Assembly: GCF_037042905.1 (NCBI RefSeq)
Contig: NC_087251.1
Location: 47,804,001-47,868,000 of the forward strand
Origin: Lytechinus pictus
Taxonomy: Eukaryota
DNA length: 64,000 bases
Reading direction: 5' to 3'
The position numbers were made by a program, and so were the translations under genes. Under the pieces are notes generated by a model that saw nothing but the letters and a program-made list of their open reading frames with translations, ran no database searches and was not told the DNA's origin. Below, one piece after another: positions 12,626-24,484 of the stretch. Numbering within the stretch: the stretch's first letter is position 1; each line of letters opens with the position of its first letter.

Positions 12626-13288
12626 CTGAAAGACAGAAACACAAGAAATCAAGACCAAAGATGTAAATCTTAGAGCCCTATTCACAAAATTACTGAGAAT
12701 ATACATGTGTATCTTCAAAATATCTAAATTACTTGAAAAACTTTATCCAAAGTGTTCAAACAGTAAATATTTTGCGGATTACATTTCTTACTACCAAACG
12801 ATTATCATCCAATGAACAATCGACAAACTTTGAAAATGAATCTTATACAACTCACAAGAATGTTCTCTAATCTGAATGGTCCAAAATCGGACCACATGAT
12901 ATTCAGCGGATTGCACTGTAGCATCCGAAATGCACTATCCTGCACTCTGACGTCATACCAAATACTATCCTGCACTCTGACGTCAGAGTGCAGGATAGTG
13001 CGAGGTTTGCACTGAATTCTAGATCTAGAATTTAGATCAAATAAAGAATTTGATGCAACTCAGTTACATGGGGGAGGGGGGGGGGGTTGTATAAAACAAA
13101 CAATGCACGCATTCTTGTGCATAGAGGACCTAAATAATTAACTCTGTGCTCAACTTGCCAAATGGATATACCGCACTCGGTCCTGCGGACCTCGGTGCGG
13201 TATATCCATTGGCTCTTCTCACACATTGTTCATTATTCGGCCCTGCATGTACACGCTTACGCGCATTATTTGTAGGCCTATATTAATG

Positions 13289-13388
13289 CAGGGGCCAAAA
13301 CCATGTACAAAAATGCAAAAATGACCATACGATTGTGATTTTTTGCATGGTCAGCCCCCCCACTTTGAAAACCGTTCCGCGGCCCCTG
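13289..13388. mobile_element. 100-bp hAT-like MITE beside a splice donor
   Basis: CAGGGGCC...GGCCCCTG with 5-bp TSD TAATG; ends 10 nt from the exon 4 donor GT at 13399-13400. Confidence 0.65.
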
Positions 13389-13400
13389 TAATGAACTTAC

Positions 13401-13640
13401 ATGCATGCCATGCTTGGAGGCAGCGTAAGCGGTGGAGAGGGGGGCAGGCATTTTTCCGGTGGCACTACTGATGTTGATGATCTGTCCGTGACCGTTCTCT
13501 AGCATGTACGGTAGGGCTACTTTACACAGCGAGATCGGACCCAGGAGGTTCAGGTCCAGGATGGCCTGGTCCACCTCGATGTTGCAGTCCTGGACCAATG
13601 CCCGTTGGCTCCGCCCACTGTTGTTGACCAGGATATCAAT
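13401..13640 (-). CDS. DHRS7: DHRS7-like coding exon 4 (catalytic)
   Basis: 240 nt, AG/GT bounded: IDILVNNSGRSQRA...NLLGPISL...NISSATGK..STAYAASKHGMH; NNxG, catalytic Ser and YxxxK. Confidence 0.96.
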
Positions 13641-14827
13641 CTTACAGGGGAGACAACAATTTTGTTTTCATTGTAATCAATACTCGTTTATAACATTATT
13701 TATTTTGTATGAATTGAAACAGAAACTGAAAAATGATTAGCATATATATTCAAAATTACAAAGTCAAAGAACTGAGCATCCTTACTAGCAAATGTGAACT
13801 TTTATCATTAGTATTAATGATAGTTTTAAAGTCGATTTGATAAGAAAAAGCAGATTAAACAGTATGATGAATCCATCCATCGTTCTTTCACTTATCCTCA
13901 TTTCCTATTAAAGGAATTAAAACCCAAGAAGAGAAGCAATAAAACTAGAGGAACAATTTAAAACAAAATAAAATTGCTTATGAAATAGGCAAGTTATGGA
14001 CATTTAAAAATTTCATAACCAATCCTATTTCACAACTGATTTTTGATGAAACTTGATTTAAATTGTTCCTCTCATTTTACTCTTTCCAATAAGATTGCTT
14101 CTCCTCTTGGGATTTGGTTTCCTTTAACTACATGCATGCATTTTGAAGACAGTATGTTCCATGGAATAAAAATAGTTTTTGTAATGTATTGTATAATTCA
14201 AATTTCTAATACTACACTAAACATGGGGAGCCAGATTTTCTTTTTCTCAAAATACAGATCCAGACGTCATTGCCTTATCTTGTCACCTTACATTCTTCAA
14301 ATTAATTAGCAACATTGATATTTTTCTGTCATTTTTCCTCTTGAATTGATCTATAAATGAATCGATCTATCAAAAATAAATAGAGATTTTGTTAGAGAAT
14401 GTCTTCAAATGTTGAAAAGTTTTTGTTATTTTTTTTATTTCATTGAAACAATACTTTTAAACATTCATTGCATTTCCAATCGATTTTCAGGATATTTCCA
14501 TTCATTTTTTTTCATTAAAGTACAATTGAATGGAAGAATCTGATACATTAAAAAACAGGTTCAATTCCTGTTCAAGAATAAACAAAGTTACTGTTCATTA
14601 TGTGCCATAATAATACTAATGTCTTGGGGGAGGGGTTAGAATAATAAAAGGGTCACTAAAGATCAGTCAGCAAGCACAGACTCATTTTTGACACTTTAAC
14701 CAATAACAGGTCTAGAGTAAAGACTAGATGCCAAAGGCTCGGTCTACGTCAAGTAAGATTGGTAGAGCCACCACAGTACATAGTGAATCTAGTCTCACTA
14801 CTTCATTATGCACTTTGCAAAATGAAA

Positions 14828-15430
14828 ACAAGAGTGTCGCTAAGGCGAGCACAAAATACGCTCGTCTGCAACACCCAAAATGGATTATTGGTCAAGCAAG
14901 AAAAGTGGAAGATGGCGACTTCACCTTTGACCTTCTGACCTAAAAATCAATAGAATTGCTAGGATCTATGCTAGTATCATACACACCAAATTATATGAGC
15001 CTAGGTTCAGTTAAACTGAAGTTATCGCGTCTACAAGGACTTCAGAAGGGTAAGATGAAAACATGTCAATGTGACCTTGACCTTTGACCTTTTGACCTCA
15101 AAATCAATAGGCTTCCTGGGACTCATACTAGTATCATACACACAAAATTATATGAGCCTAGGTTAAGTTAAACTAGAGTTATCGCGTTTACAAGAACTTC
15201 AGAAGGGTCAGATGAAAACATGTCAGTGTGACCTTGACCTTTGACCTTTTGACCTCAACTTCCTGGGATCCATGCCAGAATCATACACCAAATTATATGA
15301 GCCTAGGTTGAGTCAAACTGAAGTTTTTGCATTTACAAGGAAAAGTTAACGGACAGACGGACAAAGAGACGGATGGACGGACACCGAGCGTGATACCATA
15401 ATATGTCCCGTCGAGGACGGGCATATAAAA
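14828..15430 (+). mobile_element. HINE/DINE-like element, family B
   Basis: ACAAGAG start, hairpin TCGCTAAGGCGA, subterminal IR ATACGCTCGTC / GACGGGCATAT, three ~157-bp units, GGAC microsatellite, hairpin CCCGTCGAGGACGGG, A-run. Confidence 0.72.
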
Positions 15431-16519
15431 ACCAGGGGTCTGTGCCTGCAGACTAATTAAAGATGTCAAAGACATTAATAATCCAGGAAAATCAATATTT
15501 TACAATGAATTAATTTCACTTAAAAAGAGACTTATAAAAAAGATCAATTAGATGACCCCACCCATTCACTCCGACACAAAATATAACTACAATAGGTCGG
15601 GTTTCCGCCTTTGCGTAACGAGATCTGCTCGAGCAAGGACGAGACAATCTTTCACCAGAAACTCGGTCCACCTCTTCAACGCTACTGCACAAAGATATTG
15701 ATCAATTTGACAATTAGCCACCGAACGAATGAATGTATGCCCGGATTCTTGATTCTTTATACTTAATCTCTATTTGAACGTTATAATTATTGTTACAAGA
15801 TTTCGACCATGTAAACCCTATGTTTAAATTAAATTTATTATTCCTGCTGACCTGTCGATGTATTCATATTTGTTATCTCATTTGTAAACTTCATTTCCTT
15901 GTAAGCATTATTTTGTATATATGAAATGCATCAGTCTAAAGCAAAATTCCCGTCAGGAGATAATAAAGTTATCAATTCAATTCAATTAATTATCACAGAT
16001 TTAAAAACAAAGACCAAAACAGGGAAATTGAAATAATTAAGAACAGAAAATAGTGTACTCATAAATAACAAAAAGTAAGTTAAGAAAAAGTGTACAAATA
16101 ACAGAAAGTAACAAAAATATTGTTCAAATAACAAAGTAAACTAAAAATAGTGTACACAAAAACAGAAAGTAAACAATGCTTAGAAATGAAAGCTTTCCAA
16201 ATTCAAATAGACTTGTTTACTCTCGGGTCAATCTAGACAACATGTGACTTACACAAATGACCTGGGGTGTTTTCACTGTTTGTTATAAGCTATTAGAATT
16301 CTTGCAGCTAATTGGTTCAGAGCAAAATTGTAAGTGAAAACCAATGACAAGATGCTTTGTGAAATACTCCCCTGTGTACTACACCAAGTTCACTAAAACA
16401 ACAACTTGTTTTGAAGGAACAGAGAAAAATAAAAAGAGCATAACACTGAATTTTTCAATGAATTTAAAAGTAAATTAAATAGGCCAACAAGTATGCATTT
16501 TCAAGTTTTGCTTATTTCA

Positions 16520-16592
16520 AACGAGTGGAATGCTTATGGCAGTCTCGTCTGTATTACGCAATTCAATATAGCAGCAGTGCTGACTTTCAAAC
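16520..16592 (+). mobile_element. End fragment of HINE family A
   Basis: ACGAGTGGAATGCTTATGGCAGTCTCGTCTGTATTACGC matches 18011 onward. Confidence 0.65.
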
Positions 16593-16983
16593 AATTTCCA
16601 ATAAAAATATTTTTTTTTTTTTTTTTTCAAAAAGAGAGAAAAACATTTGATAATAAAATCCCAGGTTTGTTGACCCTAGCTTCATTTCCTATGATTTATG
16701 ATATCCAATGAACATCTCATCTAAGTTTCTAATCAACAACATATCAGATATCAATTCTTATCAAAACAATTGATCTGAAATTACCAACCAGTTAGTTGAA
16801 ATTATTCTTATCTAATCTCTGATACCTGATAACCATTATATCCATTTTTAATATACTTTAACAAATAATCGTTAAAATCATTAAAATCCTAATACTTAGT
16901 TGTTGTTTTTTCAAATTTGATATCAGTTTATTGACCCATAAATTTGCCTTAGGGTAAAGTAACGGACACCATCCAGGACTTAC

Positions 16984-17157
16984 CTTGCCATAGCGATCAA
17001 CAATGGATTCAGCCAGCTGACGATGAGTATCATACTTGGTTGCATCCATCGGTAAGACCCAGATATCTTCCTCTCTCACCCCTGGAAATCGGACACAGTT
17101 GCCATGTACTCTCTCCAGTTCATTCACACGACGGGCGGACAATATCACTTTGGCGCC
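16984..17157 (-). CDS. DHRS7: DHRS7-like coding exon 3
   Basis: 174 nt, AG/GT bounded: GAKVILSARRVNELERVHGNC...VLPMDATKYDTH...YGK. Confidence 0.94.
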
Positions 17158-17878
17158 CTACAGCAACACAATATGACAGAGATTTTTCAAAGATATGTTT
17201 TTGATAGCCCATAAGCAAAAAATATTATGACATGAAACAGTTTATAGTCAAGATATAATTTTACCAAATTGGATTTATTTTCATTGGACAAGAGCAAATT
17301 TGCCATACATGTATGTGTCATTTTCAATGGCATAATTTTGTTTGCCAGAGTTTTTTTATGGCAAAAGTTTTATGCAACGGGTCCCTGGTCGACAATATGA
17401 TTCTAAGCAAATTTTGAACTGAGAGGGGAGGAATAAAAGATCCTAACATTCCACATACTGACTCACTGCATGCCTTTTCTATTGTATTCCTTTATGTCCT
17501 TTTTTTTCTTTTAGCATTGAGGCCCCATGCTATAACTGATATTGATAATATTTTGAAACCATATCAGTGTCCACAATAAATGATACTAGTACTTCTACAC
17601 CTAAAATACACTGCAATGAACAAGTTTCTGCTGCAATGGTGAAATAGCCAGGAAGTACTCTAAAAATCTTACCAAAAATTAGCTTCAATCTAATTTAGTT
17701 TTATTTTATCATCAACTGCATAAGAATGAAATAACAAAATAAAAGGCAAGTCGAGACACACAAAAAAAAATTTCAGAGATTTATTTTCAATTTGCTATGA
17801 TCATGGATCATTGAATAACTCTTTGAAATAAAGGAGGGCAACTGCACCCCATCAAATATAAGTTAAATATTTTCATAC

Positions 17879-17961
17879 CTTTCTAGCAAGCTGATATGCA
17901 AGTTCTTCTCCGATTCCACTGGATGCTCCGGTGATCCAAACTACTCTTCCATTCATATTTT
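17879..17961 (-). CDS. DHRS7: DHRS7-like coding exon 2 (cofactor-binding motif)
   Basis: 83 nt, phase 1 to 0: ENMNGRVVWITGASSGIGEELAYQLARK (TGxxxGxG); not in the ORF track. Confidence 0.96.
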
Positions 17962-18010
17962 CTACAAGTTACAAATACAAAGACAAAGAGTTTGTTGTAT
18001 TATATTTTTA

Positions 18011-19360
18011 ACAAGTGGAACGCCTCTGGCAGTCTCGCCTGCATTACGCAATTTAATATAGCAGCAGTGCTAACTTTGAAAACTACTATAAAATAATCAT
18101 TCACAAAAACATCATTCATATAATGACATAATACCATGTTCATTGACCATAAATGACATTTGAACGGAGACTTAAGACTGTCAACTACACCCATGTCCAC
18201 GTTTCATTCACTCTATCCATAAACTTTCAAAGTTATGATGGCAATTCAACAATTACCCCAACATGGCCTAAGTTTATTGACCTTAACTGACCTTTGACTT
18301 GGTTTTGTGACCTGAAACTCACAGGGGATGTTCAGTGATGCTTGATTACTCTTATATCCCAAGTTTTATGAACTAGATCCATAAACTTTCAGAGTTAGGA
18401 TGGTAATTCAACAAATACCCCCAACACGGCCAAAGTTCATTGACCTTTAATGACCTTTGACCACGGTCATGTGACCTGAAACTCGTACAGGATGTTCAGT
18501 GATACTTGATTACTCTTATGTCCAAGTTTTATGAACTAGATCCATAAACTTTCAGAGTTAGTATGGTAATTTAACATATACCCCCAACACGGCCAAAGTT
18601 CATTGACCTTAAATGACCATTGACCATGGTCATGTGACCTGAAACTCGCACAGGATATTCAGTGGTACTTGATTAACCTAATGTCCAAGTTTCATGAACT
18701 AAATCCATAAATTTTCAAAGTTATGATGGTAATTCAACAAATACCCCCAACTTGGCCAAAGTTCATTGACCCTAAATGACCTTTGACCTTGGTCATGTGA
18801 CCTGGAACTCAGGCAGGATGTTCACTAATACTTGATTAACCTTATGTCCAAGTTTCATGGACTAGATCCATAAATTTTCAAAGTTATGATAGTAATTCAA
18901 CAAATACCCCCAACTTGACCAAAGTTCATTGACCCTAATTGACCTTTGACCTTGGTCACGTGACCTGAAACTCAAGCAGGATGTTCACTAATACTTGATT
19001 AACCTTATGTCCAAGTTTCATGAACTAGGTCCATATACTTTCTAAGTTATGATGTCATTTCAAAAACTTAACCTTTGGTTAAGATTTTGAAAATAATTTT
19101 CCCAACATGGTCTAAGTTCATTGACCCTAAATGACCTTTGACCTTAGTCATGTGACCTGAAACTCAGGCAGGATGTTCAGTAATACTTGATTAACCTTAT
19201 GTCTAAGTTTCATGAACTAGGTCCATATACTTTCTAAGTTATGATGTCATTTCAAAAACTTAACCTTAGGTTAAGATTTGATGTTGACGCCGCCGCCGCC
19301 GCCGTCGCCGTCGGAAAAGCAGCGCCTATAGTCTCGCTCTGCTATGCAGGCGAGACAAAA
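18011..19360 (+). mobile_element. HINE/DINE-like element, family A, with 163-bp tandem array
   Basis: Subterminal IR GTCTCGCCTGCAT / ATGCAGGCGAGAC; CCAAAGTTCATTGACC recurs at 18430, 18593, 18756, 18919 (period 163); (GCC)n; terminal hairpin then A-run. Confidence 0.8.
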
Positions 19361-20310
19361 ATTATATATTTTTCTTTATTAACAAATAGACTAACGTTTC
19401 ATTAAGAATAAGATCAGTTAGTTCAGCTATCTTTTTAGATTTTTTTTACTTATGTAATGAAACATCAAACTTCAAAGTGTTTGGATATCTACATTCATGT
19501 ACTAAATGAACTAAATCCATAAATTTTCAAAGTTATGATGGTAATTCAACAAATACCCCCAACTTGGCCAAAGTTCATTGACCCTAAATGACCTTTGACC
19601 TTGGTCATGTGACCTGGAACTCAGGCAGGATGTTCACTAATACTTGATTAACCTTATGTCCAAGTTTCATGGACTAGATCCATAAATTTTCAAAGTTATG
19701 ATAGTAATTCAACAAATACCCCCAACTTGACCAAAGTTCATTGACCCTAATTGACCTTTGACCTTGGTCACGTGACCTGAAACTCAAGCAGGATGTTCAC
19801 TAATACTTGATTAACCTTATGTCCAAGTTTCATGAACTAGGTCCATATACTTTCTAAGTTATGATGTCATTTCAAAAACTTAACCTTCGGTTAAGATTTT
19901 GAAAATAATTTTCCCAACATGGTCTAAGTTCATTGACCCTAAATGACCTTTGACCTTAGTCATGTGACCTGAAACTCAGGCAGGATGTTCAGTAATACTT
20001 GATTAACCTTATGTCTAAGTTTCATGAACTAGGTCCATATACTTTCTAAGTTATGATGTCATTTCAAAAACTTAACCTTAGGTTAAGATTTGATGTTGAC
20101 GCTGCCGCCGCCGTCGCCGTCGGAAAAGCAGCGCCTATAGTCTCGCTCTGCTATGCAGGCGAGACAAAAATTATATATTTTTCTTTATTAACAAATAGAC
20201 TAACGTTTCATTAAGAATAAGATCAGTTAGTTCAGCTATCTTTTTAGATTTTTTTTACTTATGTAATGAAACATCAAACTTCAAAGTGTTTGGATATCTA
20301 CATTCATGTA
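18694..20310 (+). repeat. ~810-bp head-to-tail tandem duplication
   Basis: 18694-19501 is repeated at 19506-20310 with only a few differences (one GCC unit, point changes), including ~140 bp of flank outside the element. Confidence 0.9.
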
Positions 20311-21419
20311 TTTAACAAATTACTTACCTAGAATTCAGTAAATGGACAGCTTTAAAAAATTCATATAAAGTTTTTCCAGCTACATGTGTCTTAATTTTTT
20401 TTATTCAAAGGAAGCATCAAAGGGTTTGAATAACCACATTAATTTCTTTACCATGAATATAAATTTGAAAAGTCGTATACAGTAATAAATAAGGCTATCA
20501 TATATTTTGAATTGGTGAAATTCTTAAAAGTTATTTAATAGTTCTATTACCTATGACTAGAAACTAATATTGAAAGCATTATTTATCATTGTCCCTTTTG
20601 AGTCAATCCAGGAGAATGACATTTGACTTGCTTCAATATAAAACTAAAGAGCAGATTTTTTTAAAACTAGACCAAAATAAATTGTAACTTTACCGGTTTT
20701 TAAAACTTTTTTTTTCATTTAGGACGTCGAAGGGATAGTTTATTTGTGAGAAAAGTCACTATTATTTTGCCAATATCATTGCAAAGAAGCATTTGCTATT
20801 TCCCCTTCTTTTCTTCATTTCGGGGGAGGCCAGGGATTTGTTAAATTTCGTATCCAATAGAAAATCGTTTATTAACTTATACAAAAAAATTGGAGTCCTT
20901 TCAAACAAATATGTGGAAAAAATGATTTGTGCTGGTGATGTGTCCAAAAACTCTTTAAACATGTCATTCCAATAGTCTGTCTAGGTTGAGAAGTTTGACA
21001 TTTCATTTGAAAAGTGAGCTTCTTCTGTAGTGATCACCAACTGACAATGACTGACAATTTGAATTGAATCACTAATTTCTCAATTTCATGGTCCCTTAAT
21101 ATGGAAAGTAAATTTTCTGACCATACATTACAAAACAGTTTTTTATATCTGACTCTTTCCTTTCCTAATTTCCTTTCTCCTACTTTCTCTTTAATATTTG
21201 TTTGTTTGTTAATGTTTTTTTTTGCCATGGTGATATATTTCTTTTGAATTTGCTGTTATTCTATTTGATATTATTCTTGAATGCTTTTTTAATCTTGGCA
21301 TATAAAAGTAAAGAATTAAAATATATATATATACTGATATTTGGGTGTCAAATAAGCTGAAATATATATTTGACCCCTACTGTTCTAGATCTGTAGTGCA
21401 GTGGGCTGTCCATAGTTAA

Positions 21420-23092
21420 AGGGGTACTCCAAGTTGAAAATAATATCTGAATAACATAGAGTAAAATGCACAGAGCAAAATGCTGAGAATTTCATCAAAA
21501 TTTGATAACAGCAATATATTTTAAAACAATATGCACGTCATCATGAACATTTATTAGGTGGGCTGATCATGATGTCATATTCCTACTTTCCCTTTTCTTT
21601 ATATTGTAGGATGGTTATTTTGTCATTTTTCTATTTTGTTCATTTTCTTTATCTTGTGCTTTCTTCAGCTGTTTTACATTTCTGTTCTGTCTAGACTTGA
21701 GTTCATTTGCATTTCTTTTCAGCACTGCCCTTGCAGTCTGAACTTAGGTTATTTGAGTTTAATTATATTCAGTTTTCATTCATCCTTCTCCACATTGGAT
21801 TATTTTCCTCTGATTCTCTTTTGTCATCTTCATTCCTTTTCTATTCAGGTGTTCCACTCATTCCATCCCTCACCTGACTCCTTAGTTTCTAATGCCATTA
21901 TTACATAATCACACAGACATCTTTTATCACCTTCATCTTATTCCTCATTGGTTTATATTATGAATTGGATTACTACATTTCAGTTGGGTTCTTCTATTTT
22001 CTTTAATTTCATTGGTTAGCTTTAAGATGATTTAAATAATGTTATGTTACTGTAGCAACAACTTTGATGTGGGCCGAGGAAGGCCAAAGGTATAAATAGA
22101 GAGAGTATTTTAATAAATGCATGAGACACTCACAGACACAGATGCAAAGATACGACACTACAGATCCAGTCTCTTCGTTTAGTTATTCTCTGTCTTCTCT
22201 TCCTGATATGTTATGTTTGCTGTTAAGTTCCTGAGTTATGCTATTGTTTTAAAACTGATTATTTTCTTCTCATCAAGTAGGTGTTTAGTTTTAAACCCTA
22301 CATTATTACATAGTATTGTGGTCTGAAATGCTACACCACGGGCGGTTTTGGGGGCTCTGCGTGCGCGTGTCCCTAGATTGGTGGACTTACTTACGTACGG
22401 CTGTGCGTAAGTACGGAGTCTCGCTCGCGCTTCCTCTCACCGGTCGCCATCACTTTGAAAGTCGGATCAACAGCGAGGAGGACTTGTTCTACCTGACATT
22501 TCATCCTCTTCGCCTTTCCGTCAATCGGTGTTTCCTACTACTAGTTAGTGCTGCCAGGGCTTATTATGCTACACACAAATTATATTTCACATCCTAATAT
22601 CTTCATCTAAGTTACTTTGAGCTTTGTTGGTGTATTCTTTTTGGCTGGCCAGTCAGCGAGTTGCAGCTTCATCAGGCTAGGTGAGTTTTATTTTCTCCCA
22701 CCCCCCTTTCTTTTTCCCCCATGAAATTTAGCCCTTTAGAATTCCACAGTATTGTAAATACAAGTGTGTATGATATGTAACCCTAAATAAGTTGCAGCAA
22801 TGGATAGGAATGCATTGAATTGAATTAGTTGAGTTTTTTTTATTCATATAGAAAAAATCTGAATAAACATGTCTTCATATAATAAAAAAAGAAGTGATAT
22901 GACATCAGTATGCTCATTAAATATTTATGAAGACATGCCTAGAACTGTTTCACCAAAATATTGCAAGTCTTTATTAAAATGTCATAACTTTTGCTATTCC
23001 TTGTTTGATTTTAATGAAATTTCTAGTGTTTTGTCACTCTGATTTTTCATTATCTGTCCAAATAAAATTATTTTCTCCCTAGAGTATCCCCT
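21420..23092. mobile_element. TTAA-target MITE split by nested insertions
   Basis: TTAA|AGGGGTACTCCAAG at 21416 and AGAGTATCCCCT|TTAA at 23093; halves match 10885-11382 and 59552-60093. Confidence 0.65.
22317..22748. mobile_element. Probable solo LTR (432 bp)
   Basis: TGTGG...CCACA ends with 4-bp TSD GTAT (22313-22316, 22749-22752); CpG-rich interior; no coding sequence. Confidence 0.6.
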
Positions 23093-23180
23093 TTAAACCA
23101 CAAGTTTATACCAGAGTTTGAATTAAACATGAGCTCAGAATACAGGCCTATGGGTGTAGACCAAGTGGCAATTTACTCAC

Positions 23181-23367
23181 CTCCTTTGTCTCCGAACGCT
23201 TCAAAGAACATGAGAGTGAGGTCACCATCGGAGACCATCGAGAGAAAGAAACAAATGACTAGCGTCACCAGAAGAATCAGAGCGATGAAGTAAAGGATGC
23301 GGATGGATAGAAGGATGAAGACCGCTGCGATGCACAGGGCTACAAGGTAGATGGTGTCAAGAGCCAT
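23181..23367 (-). CDS. DHRS7: DHRS7-like coding exon 1 (membrane anchor)
   Basis: ATG 23367, hydrophobic N-terminus, DHRS7-diagnostic DGDLTL motif, donor GTgagt at 23180-23179, phase 1 fits exon 2. Confidence 0.92.
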
Positions 23368-24452
23368 TTCGGATGCTTTTTCCCTTCATAAAAGAAAATT
23401 ATTTATTTATTTGTCAGAGGATAGTTCTTTGGGGAGCAAACTGACCAACAATTGAACGAAATACAGAATATATGCATTTTCAGGACTTTGTGACCAGAGC
23501 ATTTGGTTTTAAACAGGTAAAAATCTTCCTTATTTCAGGGGCGTGATTTTATTACCAGAAAATATGATAAATGAAGAGAAAAAAGTAAGAAAAAACCAAA
23601 TTTAAAAATTCAATTGGTTCTCCTATTCTCTCTATGTCCATTGGCTCCTTTGAGCTAATTTACATACCGGTATTGCTAAGTATGTTCTGTATTAATTATA
23701 CAGTTATGTTGTGAGTCAGGTAGGCTAAGTGTACTAAGAAGTAAGAAGACTAAGTACAAGATACACTCACAGACAATATGATCCTGACACGGAACATTAA
23801 CATTATTTCTTTCCTTGTTTCTGTTATGTTCAATGCTGATGTTATTGTTCCAGAACATTGCTGATTATTTTGAACAGGCTTCGCTGGACACGGAATGGCA
23901 AAGAGAAAAAATATTGACGTTCAGACAGTGATGGCCATACAATAGTATAAACTATTGCAGATTTTTGTGGCAAATGAAAGATGATATTGAGATTTATTTT
24001 GTTAGTGTCAGTTTATTCTACCGTAAACAAAATCTATGGAGAAAACAAGGTATTACTATTAAACAATAAACATATTTCAATTAATCCAAATCATAATTCA
24101 TATATTCTCAAGTTTTTTAATATTATTAATAATTTAGGCCCTATATATTAGTTTGTGCCAAGAAATTCATAAAAAAACAAAGCAGAAAAGCATGTGATAA
24201 TATTACATACAAAATTAACACAATACGTTTAGATTTTGCTCCGGTACTTACTTCACGAAAATGTTAGCAGGCCTAAAAGTATTAATTATGGTTTCTGAAA
24301 ACCACCGGCACCGCTGCAGGGAAGCGAGGCCGAGGCGAAGCCGAAGGCCACGGGCACGGCGGGGGAGCTGCTCCGTCGGTTCAGTAACTTGCTTGGTAAG
24401 CTAGCTACCGCTGCCTACTACGGCTATGTTTACCGTTGTTGAGATGAGTTCG

Positions 24453-24484
<32 letters not shown>

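Noticed and set aside
18200..20100. Regularly spaced repeats as a CRISPR-like array
   Set aside because: Whole 163-bp units repeat with no unique spacers and no cas genes; eukaryotic TE-internal tandem array.
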